Assembly (NCBI GenBank): GCA_965247145.1
Contig: CBDFGH010000003.1
Coordinates: forward strand, 33,085-97,084
Length of the DNA: 64,000 nucleotides
Source of the DNA: Rickettsiales bacterium
GTDB lineage: Bacteria; Pseudomonadota; Alphaproteobacteria; Rickettsiales; JAIXRX01
Reading direction: 5' to 3'
Below are positions 56,583 through 64,000 of the stretch, in pieces. The position numbers and the translations under genes are program-made. Numbering within the stretch: the stretch's first letter is position 1; each line of letters starts with the position of its first letter. The notes below the pieces were generated by a model. That model did no database searches and was not told the DNA's origin. It saw only the letters and a program-made list of their open reading frames with translations.

Positions 56583-58169
56583 ATGACACGCCCGAACCTC
56601 TCTCCTTTCGCCAATGTGAAATACGATCTGCCCGCCGCTCTGGTCGTGTTTCTGGTCGCCTTACCCTTATGCCTGGGCGTGGCGCTGGCCTCCGGCGCGC
56701 CGCTTTTTTCGGGGTTGACCGCAGGCGTGGTGGGCGGCATCGTCATCGGGTTCCTCAGCAAATCGCCGCTCAGCGTCAGCGGGCCTGCGGCAGGATTGAC
56801 CACCATCGTCTTCACGGCCATGCATACGCTGCCCAGCTTCGAGGCGTTTCTGCTGGCGGTATTTCTCGCGGGCATCCTGCAGATTGGCCTGGGCGCGGCG
56901 CGCGCGGGCGTCATTGGGGATTTCATTCCCAGCGCGGTCATCAAAGGCATGCTGGCCGCCATCGGCCTCATTCTCATTCTCAAGCAACTGCCGCATGCGG
57001 TGGGTTGGGATGCGAGCTTCGAGGGCGACGAGGCCTTCGGCGAGATGGGTGGCGAGAACACGTTCTCGCGCATCTGGCATCTGCTCGATCATCTCACCCC
57101 CGGCGCAGTACTGATCTCCAGCCTCGGATTGCTGATCCTGTTCGGCTGGGACTGGCTGCGCCCGCGCCTGCCGGGATGGTTGCGCCAGATTCCCGGCCCG
57201 CTGGTGGTGGTGCTGATGGGCGTCTTTTCCAACCTGTTTTTTCTGCATTTCCTGCCGGAACTGGCGGTGGAGCCGCAGCATATGGTGGCGGTGCCGGCGG
57301 CGGATTCGCTGGGCGCGTTCCTCGGGCAGTTTCGCTTCCCTGATTTCGGGATGATCCAGAACCATGCCGTGTGGAGCACCGCCGTTACCATCGCGCTGGT
57401 GGCCAGCGTGGAAACATTGCTGAGTATCGAGGCGATCGACAAGCTCGATCCCTTCAAGCGCATCACCCCGACCAACCGGGAATTGGTGGCGCAGGGCGCG
57501 GGCAACATGGTCAGCGGCCTGCTCGGGGGCTTGCCGGTCACCTCGGTCATCGTGCGCTCCTCGGCGAATGCCATCTCCGGCGGGCGCACCCGCACCGCCA
57601 CCATCGTCCACGGCCTGCTGCTGCTGCTGAGCGTGCTCGCCATCCCCCATCTGCTCAACCAGATTCCGCTGGCGGCCTTGGCCGCGATCCTGATCGGGGT
57701 TGGCTACAAGCTCACCAAACCCAGCCTCTACATCCAGAAATACCAGAAAGGCATGAGCTATTTCGTACCTTTCGTCGTCACCATCGCGGCCATTCTGCTT
57801 ACTGATCTGCTGAAGGGCATCGGCATCGGCGTGGCGGTGGGCGTCGTGTTTCTGCTGATCGAGAATGTGCGCAAAGTCGCCATTGTGGTCGCGGACGGGC
57901 GCAACCTGCTGGTGCGCTTCAAGCGCGATCTGTACTTCATCCATAAGTACGATCTCAAGCAGACGCTGAACCGCGTGCCGCCGCAATGCAGCCTGCTGCT
58001 CGATCTCAGCCGCGTGGGCTATATGGATCGCGACAATGTGGAAATTTTGAACGACTTCCTGCAAGGCGCGCCCTACAAAGACATCCGCGTCGAAATCAAA
58101 ACGGGGCTGGATACCAGCTTCGCCCCGCTCCTGCACATCCCCGACAACAGTACGGTAACGCCTGTATGA
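56583..58169 (+). CDS. SulP family anion (sulfate/bicarbonate) permease with STAS domain
   Basis: Motifs DLPAALVVFLVALPLCLGVALASGAP and ELVAQGAGNMVSGLLGGLPVTSVIVRSSAN are present, followed by a C-terminal STAS-like region. Confidence 0.85.
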   Translation: MTRPNLSPFANVKYDLPAALVVFLVALPLCLGVALASGAPLFSGLTAGVVGGIVIGFLSKSPLSVSGPAAGLTTIVFTAMHTLPSFEAFLLAVFLAGILQIGLGAARAGVIGDFIPSAVIKGMLAAIGLILILKQLPHAVGWDASFEGDEAFGEMGGENTFSRIWHLLDHLTPGAVLISSLGLLILFGWDWLRPRLPGWLRQIPGPLVVVLMGVFSNLFFLHFLPELAVEPQHMVAVPAADSLGAFLGQFRFPDFGMIQNHAVWSTAVTIALVASVETLLSIEAIDKLDPFKRITPTNRELVAQGAGNMVSGLLGGLPVTSVIVRSSANAISGGRTRTATIVHGLLLLLSVLAIPHLLNQIPLAALAAILIGVGYKLTKPSLYIQKYQKGMSYFVPFVVTIAAILLTDLLKGIGIGVAVGVVFLLIENVRKVAIVVADGRNLLVRFKRDLYFIHKYDLKQTLNRVPPQCSLLLDLSRVGYMDRDNVEILNDFLQGAPYKDIRVEIKTGLDTSFAPLLHIPDNSTVTPV

Positions 58170-58831
58170 GAACCCACGAAAAACTGCTCCTCGAAAACAA
58201 GGCCTGGGCCGCCGAAACCAAGCAGATGGACCCCGGTTTCTTTACGCGCCTCGCCGAAGGGCAGCAGCCCAACTTCCTGTGGATCGGCTGTTCGGACAGC
58301 CGCGTTTCCCCCACCGAGATGACGCAGACCCCGCCGGGTGAGATCTTCATCCACCGCAACATCGCCAACATGGTGGTGCCGACCGACCTCAACCTGCTCA
58401 GCGTGCTGCAATATGCGGTGGAAGTGCTGGAAGTGAAGCATGTGGTGGTGTGCGGACATTATGGCTGCGGCGGCGTGAAAGCCGCGCTCACCCGCCACTC
58501 CTACGGCACCATCGATCATTGGCTGCGCCAGATCAAAGATGTCTACCGCCTGCACAAAAGCGATATCGACGCGATCGAGGACGAGGAAGCCCAAGTGCGT
58601 CGCCTGGTCGAGCACAATGTGCGCGAGCAGCTGATGAACCTCGCCCGCACGCCATTGATCCAAAGCATGTGGGCCAAACACCAGCGCCCCAACCTGCATG
58701 GCTGGGTGTATGAGATGAGCGACGGCATCATCCACCCCCTGCTCGAACTCGAACCCAACACCGCCCTGGACGACGCCATTTACGAGTTCGATAATCTGGC
58801 GGGCGAAGCGTATGCGGCGGGGACGGAGTAG
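58166..58831 (+). CDS. can: beta-class carbonic anhydrase
   Basis: The zinc-ligand motifs are CSDSR and HYGCGG. It has an ATGA overlap with the SulP gene. Confidence 0.9.
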   Translation: MRTHEKLLLENKAWAAETKQMDPGFFTRLAEGQQPNFLWIGCSDSRVSPTEMTQTPPGEIFIHRNIANMVVPTDLNLLSVLQYAVEVLEVKHVVVCGHYGCGGVKAALTRHSYGTIDHWLRQIKDVYRLHKSDIDAIEDEEAQVRRLVEHNVREQLMNLARTPLIQSMWAKHQRPNLHGWVYEMSDGIIHPLLELEPNTALDDAIYEFDNLAGEAYAAGTE

Positions 58832-58835
58832 GTCT

Positions 58836-60041
58836 CTAACCTTTCTGCATCCCCGTCGGGCGCATGCTGGAAGGGTAGAGTTGGGGGAACCAGGATTCCA
58901 GGACCTCCGGCGGCACATTCAGGCGCACAGCGCCTTTGGGGGTGTCGGAAATCAGTAGGCCTTTTTCGACCAACGCGTTGAGCACGGTGCTGGCCTGACG
59001 GGGGCCATAGCCGGTGATGTCGCCTGCACGACCGCGTTCGATGGCGCCTTCCAGCACCGCCCGTTCCAGCAGCTTGTCGCTCTCCCGTGGCAGTCGGCCC
59101 GCCTCGATTTGGCGCAAAGCATACTGGCGCACGCGCGCGGTGAGGGTTTTCGGCTCCAGCAATTCCTCCATGAAGCGAATTTGATCGAGGCAGATTTCGA
59201 GAAAGAACCGCGTAAAATCGGCCAGTCCGCTTTGCGTGAGATTGCCACGTCCGTCTCGGTCTCCCTGCCGGGGAAGATCGGCGCGCATGAGGTGGCGCTT
59301 ATATTCGTCTTTCGCCCGCGCCAGGCCCCGCGCGGCGGACCAAAGCGGGTTACCCACCCCGATCCGGCGCAGATAGGCATGCGTCAGCAGCCGCGCCACC
59401 CGGCCATTGCCGTCGTAAAACGGGTGAATCCATAACAGGCGGTGATGCAGGCAGGCCGTGGCGATCACTTGCTGCGGGCGGGAAAGGTGCTCGGGCCGGT
59501 AGGCGGCCTCGAAGCGCTGCAGATGATGCTTCAAATGCGCGATCTCCGGCGCGATATGGCGGCCCACCTGCACGTCGCCTTCCCGCATTTCCCCCGGCAC
59601 CACGCGAAGGCGCGCGCCCGTATCGGGGTTTTCGACCCAGAGCAGTTCGTCCGGCAATCGTTCGCAGAAGGCGCGGTGAATCCAGCGGATCGACCGTTCG
59701 CTGAGCAGGTCGTCGGGCAGTGCGCGTTCGTCCAATATCCGCTGCACTTCGATATGCGCGAGTGCTTCTTCCTGCAGGTTGCGCTGCTCCGCATTACTCG
59801 AGAAATCCTGCTTGAGCGCGCGGTTGATGTCGGTCGGGTGGGTATGGTGGCCTTCGATCAGGTTGCTGTAATAACAATTCATCGAGCGCACGAGATCGGC
59901 TATCGTATGCAACAAGGTTTCGTGTTGCACGGAGCCGCGCAGTTTGGCCGAAGCTTCCATTACATGACAGGCCAGATTGGTCAGTTCCCGATGATCGTCC
60001 GGCAGCATGGGCTCCATGGAAACGGGTAGAAAATGAACCAT
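58836..60041 (-). CDS. Fic family protein (class II, auto-inhibited)
   Basis: The Fic motif is HPFYDGNGRVAR. The N-terminal SNLIEG matches the inhibitory (S/T)xxxE(G/N) helix. The C-terminal region is winged-helix-like. Confidence 0.8.
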   Translation of the reverse strand: MVHFLPVSMEPMLPDDHRELTNLACHVMEASAKLRGSVQHETLLHTIADLVRSMNCYYSNLIEGHHTHPTDINRALKQDFSSNAEQRNLQEEALAHIEVQRILDERALPDDLLSERSIRWIHRAFCERLPDELLWVENPDTGARLRVVPGEMREGDVQVGRHIAPEIAHLKHHLQRFEAAYRPEHLSRPQQVIATACLHHRLLWIHPFYDGNGRVARLLTHAYLRRIGVGNPLWSAARGLARAKDEYKRHLMRADLPRQGDRDGRGNLTQSGLADFTRFFLEICLDQIRFMEELLEPKTLTARVRQYALRQIEAGRLPRESDKLLERAVLEGAIERGRAGDITGYGPRQASTVLNALVEKGLLISDTPKGAVRLNVPPEVLESWFPQLYPSSMRPTGMQKG

Positions 60042-60133
60042 GATATGGGATGCCTTTGATTGTAATACCGGGATATTTTGCTGATCTTAGGAATGATATA
60101 TCCATTTCAATCAAAATGCAAAATCTTGTGGTG

Positions 60134-60152
60134 ATCTGCAATTATTGCAGAT
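60134..60152. promoter_or_regulatory. 19-bp perfect palindrome in the fic-yejB divergent intergenic region
   Basis: The palindrome is ATCTGCAAT-T-ATTGCAGAT. A third half-site, ATTGCAGAT, lies about 40 nt downstream. Confidence 0.4.
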
Positions 60153-60222
60153 TATTTTGCCGATCCTGATACAAGATGTGGTATGCAGGGATTGCAGATA
60201 CGCCAGGCTTTGGAGAATATCG

Positions 60223-61332
60223 ATGGCCGCCTACATCCTCAAACGTCTCCTCCTGATGATCCCCACGTTGCTGGGGATTTTGTTGTTGAATTTTCTGGTG
60301 GTGCAGGCGGCCCCCGGCGGGCCGGTGGAGCAGACGCTGGCGCGGCTGAAGGGTCAGGAAGCGGGGGCGACGGCGCGCCTGGGCGGGGCGGGCGGTTCGG
60401 ATATGGGGGCCGCTGCCCAGAGCATGGCAGGAGGGGCGGGAAATGCGACCAGCGCTTACCGCGGAGCCCAAGGGGTGGATCCCGAACTGGTGGCGCAGCT
60501 CAACAAGCTCTACGGTTTCGACCAGCCGCCGCTGACGCGGTTTCTGCGCATGCTGGGGCATTATGCGCGCTTCGAACTCGGCACCAGTTACTTTCAGGAT
60601 ATGCCGGTGTGGGATCTGGTGCTGCAGAAACTACCCGTCTCCATGTCGCTCGGCATCTGGAGCACCTTGCTGATCTATCTCATCTCCATCCCCCTCGGCA
60701 TCGCCAAAGCGGCGCGCGAGGGGACGCGGTTCGATAGCTGGAGCAGCACCATCATCATCGTGGGTTATGCGGTGCCGGGCTTCCTGTTCGCCATGCTGTT
60801 GATCATTCTGTTCGCCGGGGGCAGCTACTGGTCGTGGTTTCCGCTGCGCGGGCTGAGCAGCGAAGGGGCCGCCGCATGGCCCTGGTGGCGGCAGGCGGCG
60901 GATTACGCCTGGCACATGGCGCTGCCCACGGCGGCTTTGGTCATTTCCGGCTTTGCGGGCCTGACCTTCCTCACCAAGAATTCCTTTCTGGAGGAAATGG
61001 GCAAGCAATACGTGGCGGTGGCGCGCGCCAAAGGCCTGACCCAATCCCAGGCCCTGTGGCGGCACGTTTTCCGCAACGCCATGCTGATCGTCATCGCCGG
61101 TTTCCCCGGTGCCTTGATGGGCATGCTGTTCACCGGCGCGCTGCTGATCGAGGTGATGTTCTCGCTGGACGGGCTGGGCCTGCTCGGCTTCGAATCCGCG
61201 CTGACGCGGGATTACCCGGTGATGTTCGGCACGCTCTACGTCTTCACGCTGATCGGGATGCTGCTGAAATTGCTGGGCGATTTGATGTATGTCTGGGTCG
61301 ATCCGCGGATCGATTTCAATGCGCGGGGTTGA
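60223..61332 (+). CDS. yejB: peptide/microcin C-type ABC transporter permease YejB
   Basis: MAAYILKRLLLMIPTLLGILLLNFLVVQAAPGGP, AKGLTQSQALWRHVFRNAM and the C-terminal VDPRIDF are typical of YejB. Confidence 0.8.
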   Translation: MAAYILKRLLLMIPTLLGILLLNFLVVQAAPGGPVEQTLARLKGQEAGATARLGGAGGSDMGAAAQSMAGGAGNATSAYRGAQGVDPELVAQLNKLYGFDQPPLTRFLRMLGHYARFELGTSYFQDMPVWDLVLQKLPVSMSLGIWSTLLIYLISIPLGIAKAAREGTRFDSWSSTIIIVGYAVPGFLFAMLLIILFAGGSYWSWFPLRGLSSEGAAAWPWWRQAADYAWHMALPTAALVISGFAGLTFLTKNSFLEEMGKQYVAVARAKGLTQSQALWRHVFRNAMLIVIAGFPGALMGMLFTGALLIEVMFSLDGLGLLGFESALTRDYPVMFGTLYVFTLIGMLLKLLGDLMYVWVDPRIDFNARG

Positions 61333-61334
61333 TG
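61264..61334 (+). repeat. 71-bp direct repeat, copy 1 (authentic 3' end of yejB)
   Basis: 66 of 71 nt are identical to 62052-62122, and the last 37 nt are identical. Confidence 0.9.
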
Positions 61335-61422
61335 AAGCCATGGAATGTCATTGTAATGTCATCCCCGTTTCCTTTGATTTGTGTAGTATGTAACGCACCA
61401 TTCCGATTGAAAGCTCAGCGCT

Positions 61423-61809
61423 ATGATCCTTACTGACCAACAAAGCTTATTCCGCCATGCTTTGCTCACAGTGCATGCGGCTTTGATAAACCTTACCGAA
61501 ACGGCTATGCGGGCGACGGGAGAGGCAGAAGGCACATTAGCGAAAGATAAAAAATCTGACATTGAAGCTTCGCTGCTATTGGGCGCGCTCGATGATATTT
61601 TTGAGAAGAGGAAAGAAGAAAATCTGGGCGGGTTGATGACTGAGGTTTATACCCGTTACCTCACCATGCCGCCCAATCTTCAACAGCCCGAAAACCTCAA
61701 AATCGCAATCGAATCCGCGGTTATCGATCTGGCCAAAAGAAGCAGAAATCCTAAAATCATTCAATATGTCAAATCCAAGGGGTTGGATGTCACGCAGATC
61801 GGTGGGTAG
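61423..61809 (+). CDS. hypothetical protein (128 aa), paralogue of 62212..62595
   Basis: The two ORFs align over their full length (L.RHA...V.AAL, RA.G, LLL.AL.D, Y..MP, NP.I..Y.K..GL). No recognisable family. Confidence 0.5.
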   Translation: MILTDQQSLFRHALLTVHAALINLTETAMRATGEAEGTLAKDKKSDIEASLLLGALDDIFEKRKEENLGGLMTEVYTRYLTMPPNLQQPENLKIAIESAVIDLAKRSRNPKIIQYVKSKGLDVTQIGG

Positions 61810-62051
61810 CTCGCTCATTAGCGGTTGGCCACGATGCGTTTGTATGTGCATTGCTCGTTGGCATTCCGATAAAATATGCGGCTGCAGTGTTGTTATGCGA
61901 CTCTTATTTGGGTTGGGTTTACATGCTTGCGAGTGGCTAGAATCAAGCATGGCTTGCTGGACAAGCTTGGCTACTCGGATTTGAATCTGCGGTAATGCGC
62001 AGTTACCCTAACGTACGGCACGTTGTACGCTTCACTTAGATCAGGATATTA

Positions 62052-62122
62052 CTGAAACTGCTTGGGTATTTGATGTATGTCTGAGTCGATCCGCGGATCG
62101 ATTTCAATGCGCGGGGTTGATG
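62052..62122 (+). repeat. 71-bp direct repeat, copy 2 (displaced, decayed yejB 3' end)
   Basis: It translates as LKLLGYLMYV*VDPRIDFNARG*, with TGG mutated to TGA relative to copy 1. Confidence 0.9.
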
Positions 62123-62211
62123 CAGCTTATGTATTTCTTCGAATGGTCACCTTATTGACAGCGGCCTAAGGTAAAATCATGTCCTACACATTGTACTAAC
62201 ATGCTTTTATT

Positions 62212-62595
62212 ATGGCCCATTCCACCGATATCGGTCTGACTCGACATGCAATATACAGGGTGCGCGCCGCTCTCGCCACAGAAACTGCAATTGCGCTGCG
62301 CGCAAAAGGAGCCGTGGCCGACCCTGAAAAGCAATACGCCGACTTTTTCGCGGCGCTTCTACTCGAAGCGCTGGCCGATATGGTCGAAGGCCCTACGGAT
62401 AAAGGTTTCGGTGCCGTCATAACCGCGATACAGAATGATTACAATCGCATGCCACTGAAAATACTGCAATCTGGGATGTTTCCAGCCGAGATCAAAGAGG
62501 CGGTTCTGGAGATAGCCACGAGCAGCACAAACCCTATCATTCTTCGTTATATAAAAGAGCATGGCTTGTCGGGTATCGGGCAGACGAGCAAATGA
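62212..62595 (+). CDS. hypothetical protein (127 aa), paralogue of 61423..61809
   Basis: See 61423..61809. It occupies the same position relative to the yejB 3'-end repeat. Confidence 0.5.
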   Translation: MAHSTDIGLTRHAIYRVRAALATETAIALRAKGAVADPEKQYADFFAALLLEALADMVEGPTDKGFGAVITAIQNDYNRMPLKILQSGMFPAEIKEAVLEIATSSTNPIILRYIKEHGLSGIGQTSK

Positions 62596-62719
62596 TAGTG
62601 GTGGTACATGGCTTGGCCGTCGTCATACTTTCTTAATTTTCCTTTACTGTCGTTGGGGGCAATGACAGGAGAATGATGTAAGCGACGAGGATTCCAACCG
62701 ACCCGAATATGAAGCATCG

Positions 62720-63154
62720 GTGGTGCAGCCTTTCTTGGTGGAATGGGCGATGTCTTTTTTTGAAAATAGGGTGCGAAATTCCGGGTTTGGTCCCACCTTT
62801 CTTCAAGAATACAAACGCATCTGCATCCAGGCGGTGGTGGCCAAGCTCGCCAGCGGGGAGCCGGAGGTGCAACTGCTAGGCGCACAGCCCCATCCTTTAA
62901 TTCACGATATGATGGCGTGGCTCAAAGATACTTATGCGATGACCGCCGATCATGCCCGCGCCGTCGCCCGCACGGCGATTCTTGATTATGCGAATATCTA
63001 TGAGACACAAAACCGCAACGACGAATTGCGCTCCCAATTGACGCGGGCTGAAACTGGAGAAATCATTGGCCGACTCCCGCCGAAAAAACACACCCCCCGA
63101 TTGCCGGAAGATGGGGATGAGAAACCAGACAAAAAACCCCGGCGTGGTCGATGA
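62720..63154 (+). CDS. hypothetical protein with basic C-terminal tail
   Basis: 144 aa (alternative ATG at 62750). The tail is KKHTPRLPEDGDEKPDKKPRRGR. No recognisable family. Confidence 0.4.
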   Translation: MVQPFLVEWAMSFFENRVRNSGFGPTFLQEYKRICIQAVVAKLASGEPEVQLLGAQPHPLIHDMMAWLKDTYAMTADHARAVARTAILDYANIYETQNRNDELRSQLTRAETGEIIGRLPPKKHTPRLPEDGDEKPDKKPRRGR

Positions 63155-63221
63155 TGATACGATTTTCGGCGTTATGCAGAAGATAGTGGTCTTTCTTTGT
63201 CAGAGAAATCCGTGAAAACGG

Positions 63222-63764
63222 CTAAGCCGCTTTCTTCGCGTTTTCCGCCGCCTGCATCCCCTGACGGATCAGTTCCGCGGATTCCTCCGCATCCACCCAA
63301 TGCACGATCTTCACCCATTTGTTTTTCTCGAGATCTTTGTAATGCTCGAAGAAATGGGCGATTTGTTCGATGAGGATTTCGGGGAGGTCGTGGTAGCTTT
63401 GCACGCGGCTGTAGAACGGATGCAGCTTGTCGACCGGCACGGCGAGAATCTTCTCATCCTGGCCGGATTCGTCTTCCATCACCAGCGCGCCGATCGGGCG
63501 GCAGCGGATGACGCAGCCGGGGACCACGGGATATTGCCCCACCACCAGCACATCCACCGGATCGCCATCTTCCGAAAGCGTGTGGGGGATGAAACCGTAA
63601 TTGGCGGGATAGACCATAGCGGTATGCACGAAACGGTCGACGAAGAGCGCGCCGCTTTCCTTGTCGAATTCGTATTTGATCGGATGCCCGCCCTGGGGGA
63701 TTTCGATGAGGACGTTGATATCGTAAGGCGCATTGGCGCCGACGGGGATTTTGCTGATATCCAT
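63222..63764 (-). CDS. ppa: inorganic pyrophosphatase (family I)
   Basis: 180 aa from MDISKIPVG. Motifs are IEIPQGGHPIKYEFDKESG, YPANYGFIP and DGDPVDVLV. Confidence 0.9.
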   Translation of the reverse strand: MDISKIPVGANAPYDINVLIEIPQGGHPIKYEFDKESGALFVDRFVHTAMVYPANYGFIPHTLSEDGDPVDVLVVGQYPVVPGCVIRCRPIGALVMEDESGQDEKILAVPVDKLHPFYSRVQSYHDLPEILIEQIAHFFEHYKDLEKNKWVKIVHWVDAEESAELIRQGMQAAENAKKAA

Positions 63765-64000
63765 GAGAGAGGCTTTCCGTAGGGAGGTTTTTACGAAGGA
63801 TGGCGTGGGAATAAAGCCACAGGCGCAAAAAATCCAGTGAAGATGTGACAAGCAAGCCATCTCCCCCATGCAAGGCTAAAACACCGCTGGGTAAGGGGCT
63901 TGCCATGCTTATCCCCATTACTCCCATGGCAATAACGGCGGAAAATGGTGCGCTGCACACCCAAGCGGCCCTCGCAGCTGGGGATAAAGGCATGTGCTGT

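Noticed and set aside
56465-57073. N-terminal 203 codons of the listed 906-aa ORF 54353..57073
   Set aside because: This part extends through the intergenic region and overlaps the SulP gene on the other strand, and it has no acyltransferase similarity. The conserved acyltransferase_3 start (..IQGLRAYAVLAVLLFHF) lies downstream of the Met at 56464.
51813-58136. Antisense ORFs 51813..53162, 54267..55775, 54446..55732 and 56667..58136
   Set aside because: They lie opposite the decarboxylase, acyltransferase and SulP genes. Their translations are low-complexity Arg/Gly/Ala/Pro.
60042-60222. AT-rich fic-yejB intergenic region as a possible oriC
   Set aside because: It contains GATC and TGTGG strings but no cluster of consensus DnaA boxes (TTATCCACA). 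It is better explained as a divergent promoter with a palindromic operator.

Overview
This is a 64-kb chromosomal window from a GC-rich genome. It looks alphaproteobacterial, inferred from gene content and order: mnmE-mnmG-rsmG-parA-parB with two parS-like sites, leuS-lptE, a DUF3576 lipoprotein, porin, holA, yggS and ppa. The left third is accessory DNA. It starts after the tail of a DUF692(MNIO)-DUF2063-DoxX (bufferin-type) operon and contains four elements. (i) A decayed integrative element: an AlpA-like HTH gene, a Prim-Pol/P-loop replication gene and a truncated P4-type integrase that collide at about 4.57 kb, plus an intact Phd-ParE toxin-antitoxin pair. (ii) tRNA-Arg(CCT). (iii) An IS3/IS407-group insertion sequence. 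(iv) A 13.6-kb island integrated in the initiator tRNA-fMet gene and bounded by a perfect 45-bp direct repeat. The island carries an integrase, an excisionase-like gene, split primase/helicase genes and a type I R-M operon. That operon hosts two passenger genes (a NucS/DUF91-like PD-(D/E)xK nuclease and a Bro-N/DinD-like protein) and has a frameshifted hsdR 3' end. The island ends with a small-ORF plus HAD-phosphatase pair. The core region holds several unusual features. The genes of a Yej-type peptide ABC transporter are scattered: yejE, an antisense orphan and yejF lie at 24-28 kb, while yejB lies at 60 kb, followed by a displaced copy of its own 3' end and paralogous small ORFs. A roughly 70-bp double-hairpin palindromic element is present in frame inside yejF and again in the leuS leader. 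A perfect 32-bp inverted repeat made of AGTCGCA heptamers sits inside leuS, which also has an AT-rich expansion of the leucine-specific domain. Four secreted curlin-repeat proteins form two duplicated modules with conserved promoter/palindrome leaders, but no curli export genes are nearby. Many long ORFs in the track that lie opposite these genes are GC-driven shadow ORFs. I saw no rRNA, CRISPR array or phage structural genes. All family assignments come from motif recognition by eye. Coordinates of non-ORF features were counted by hand and may be off by 1-2 nt.
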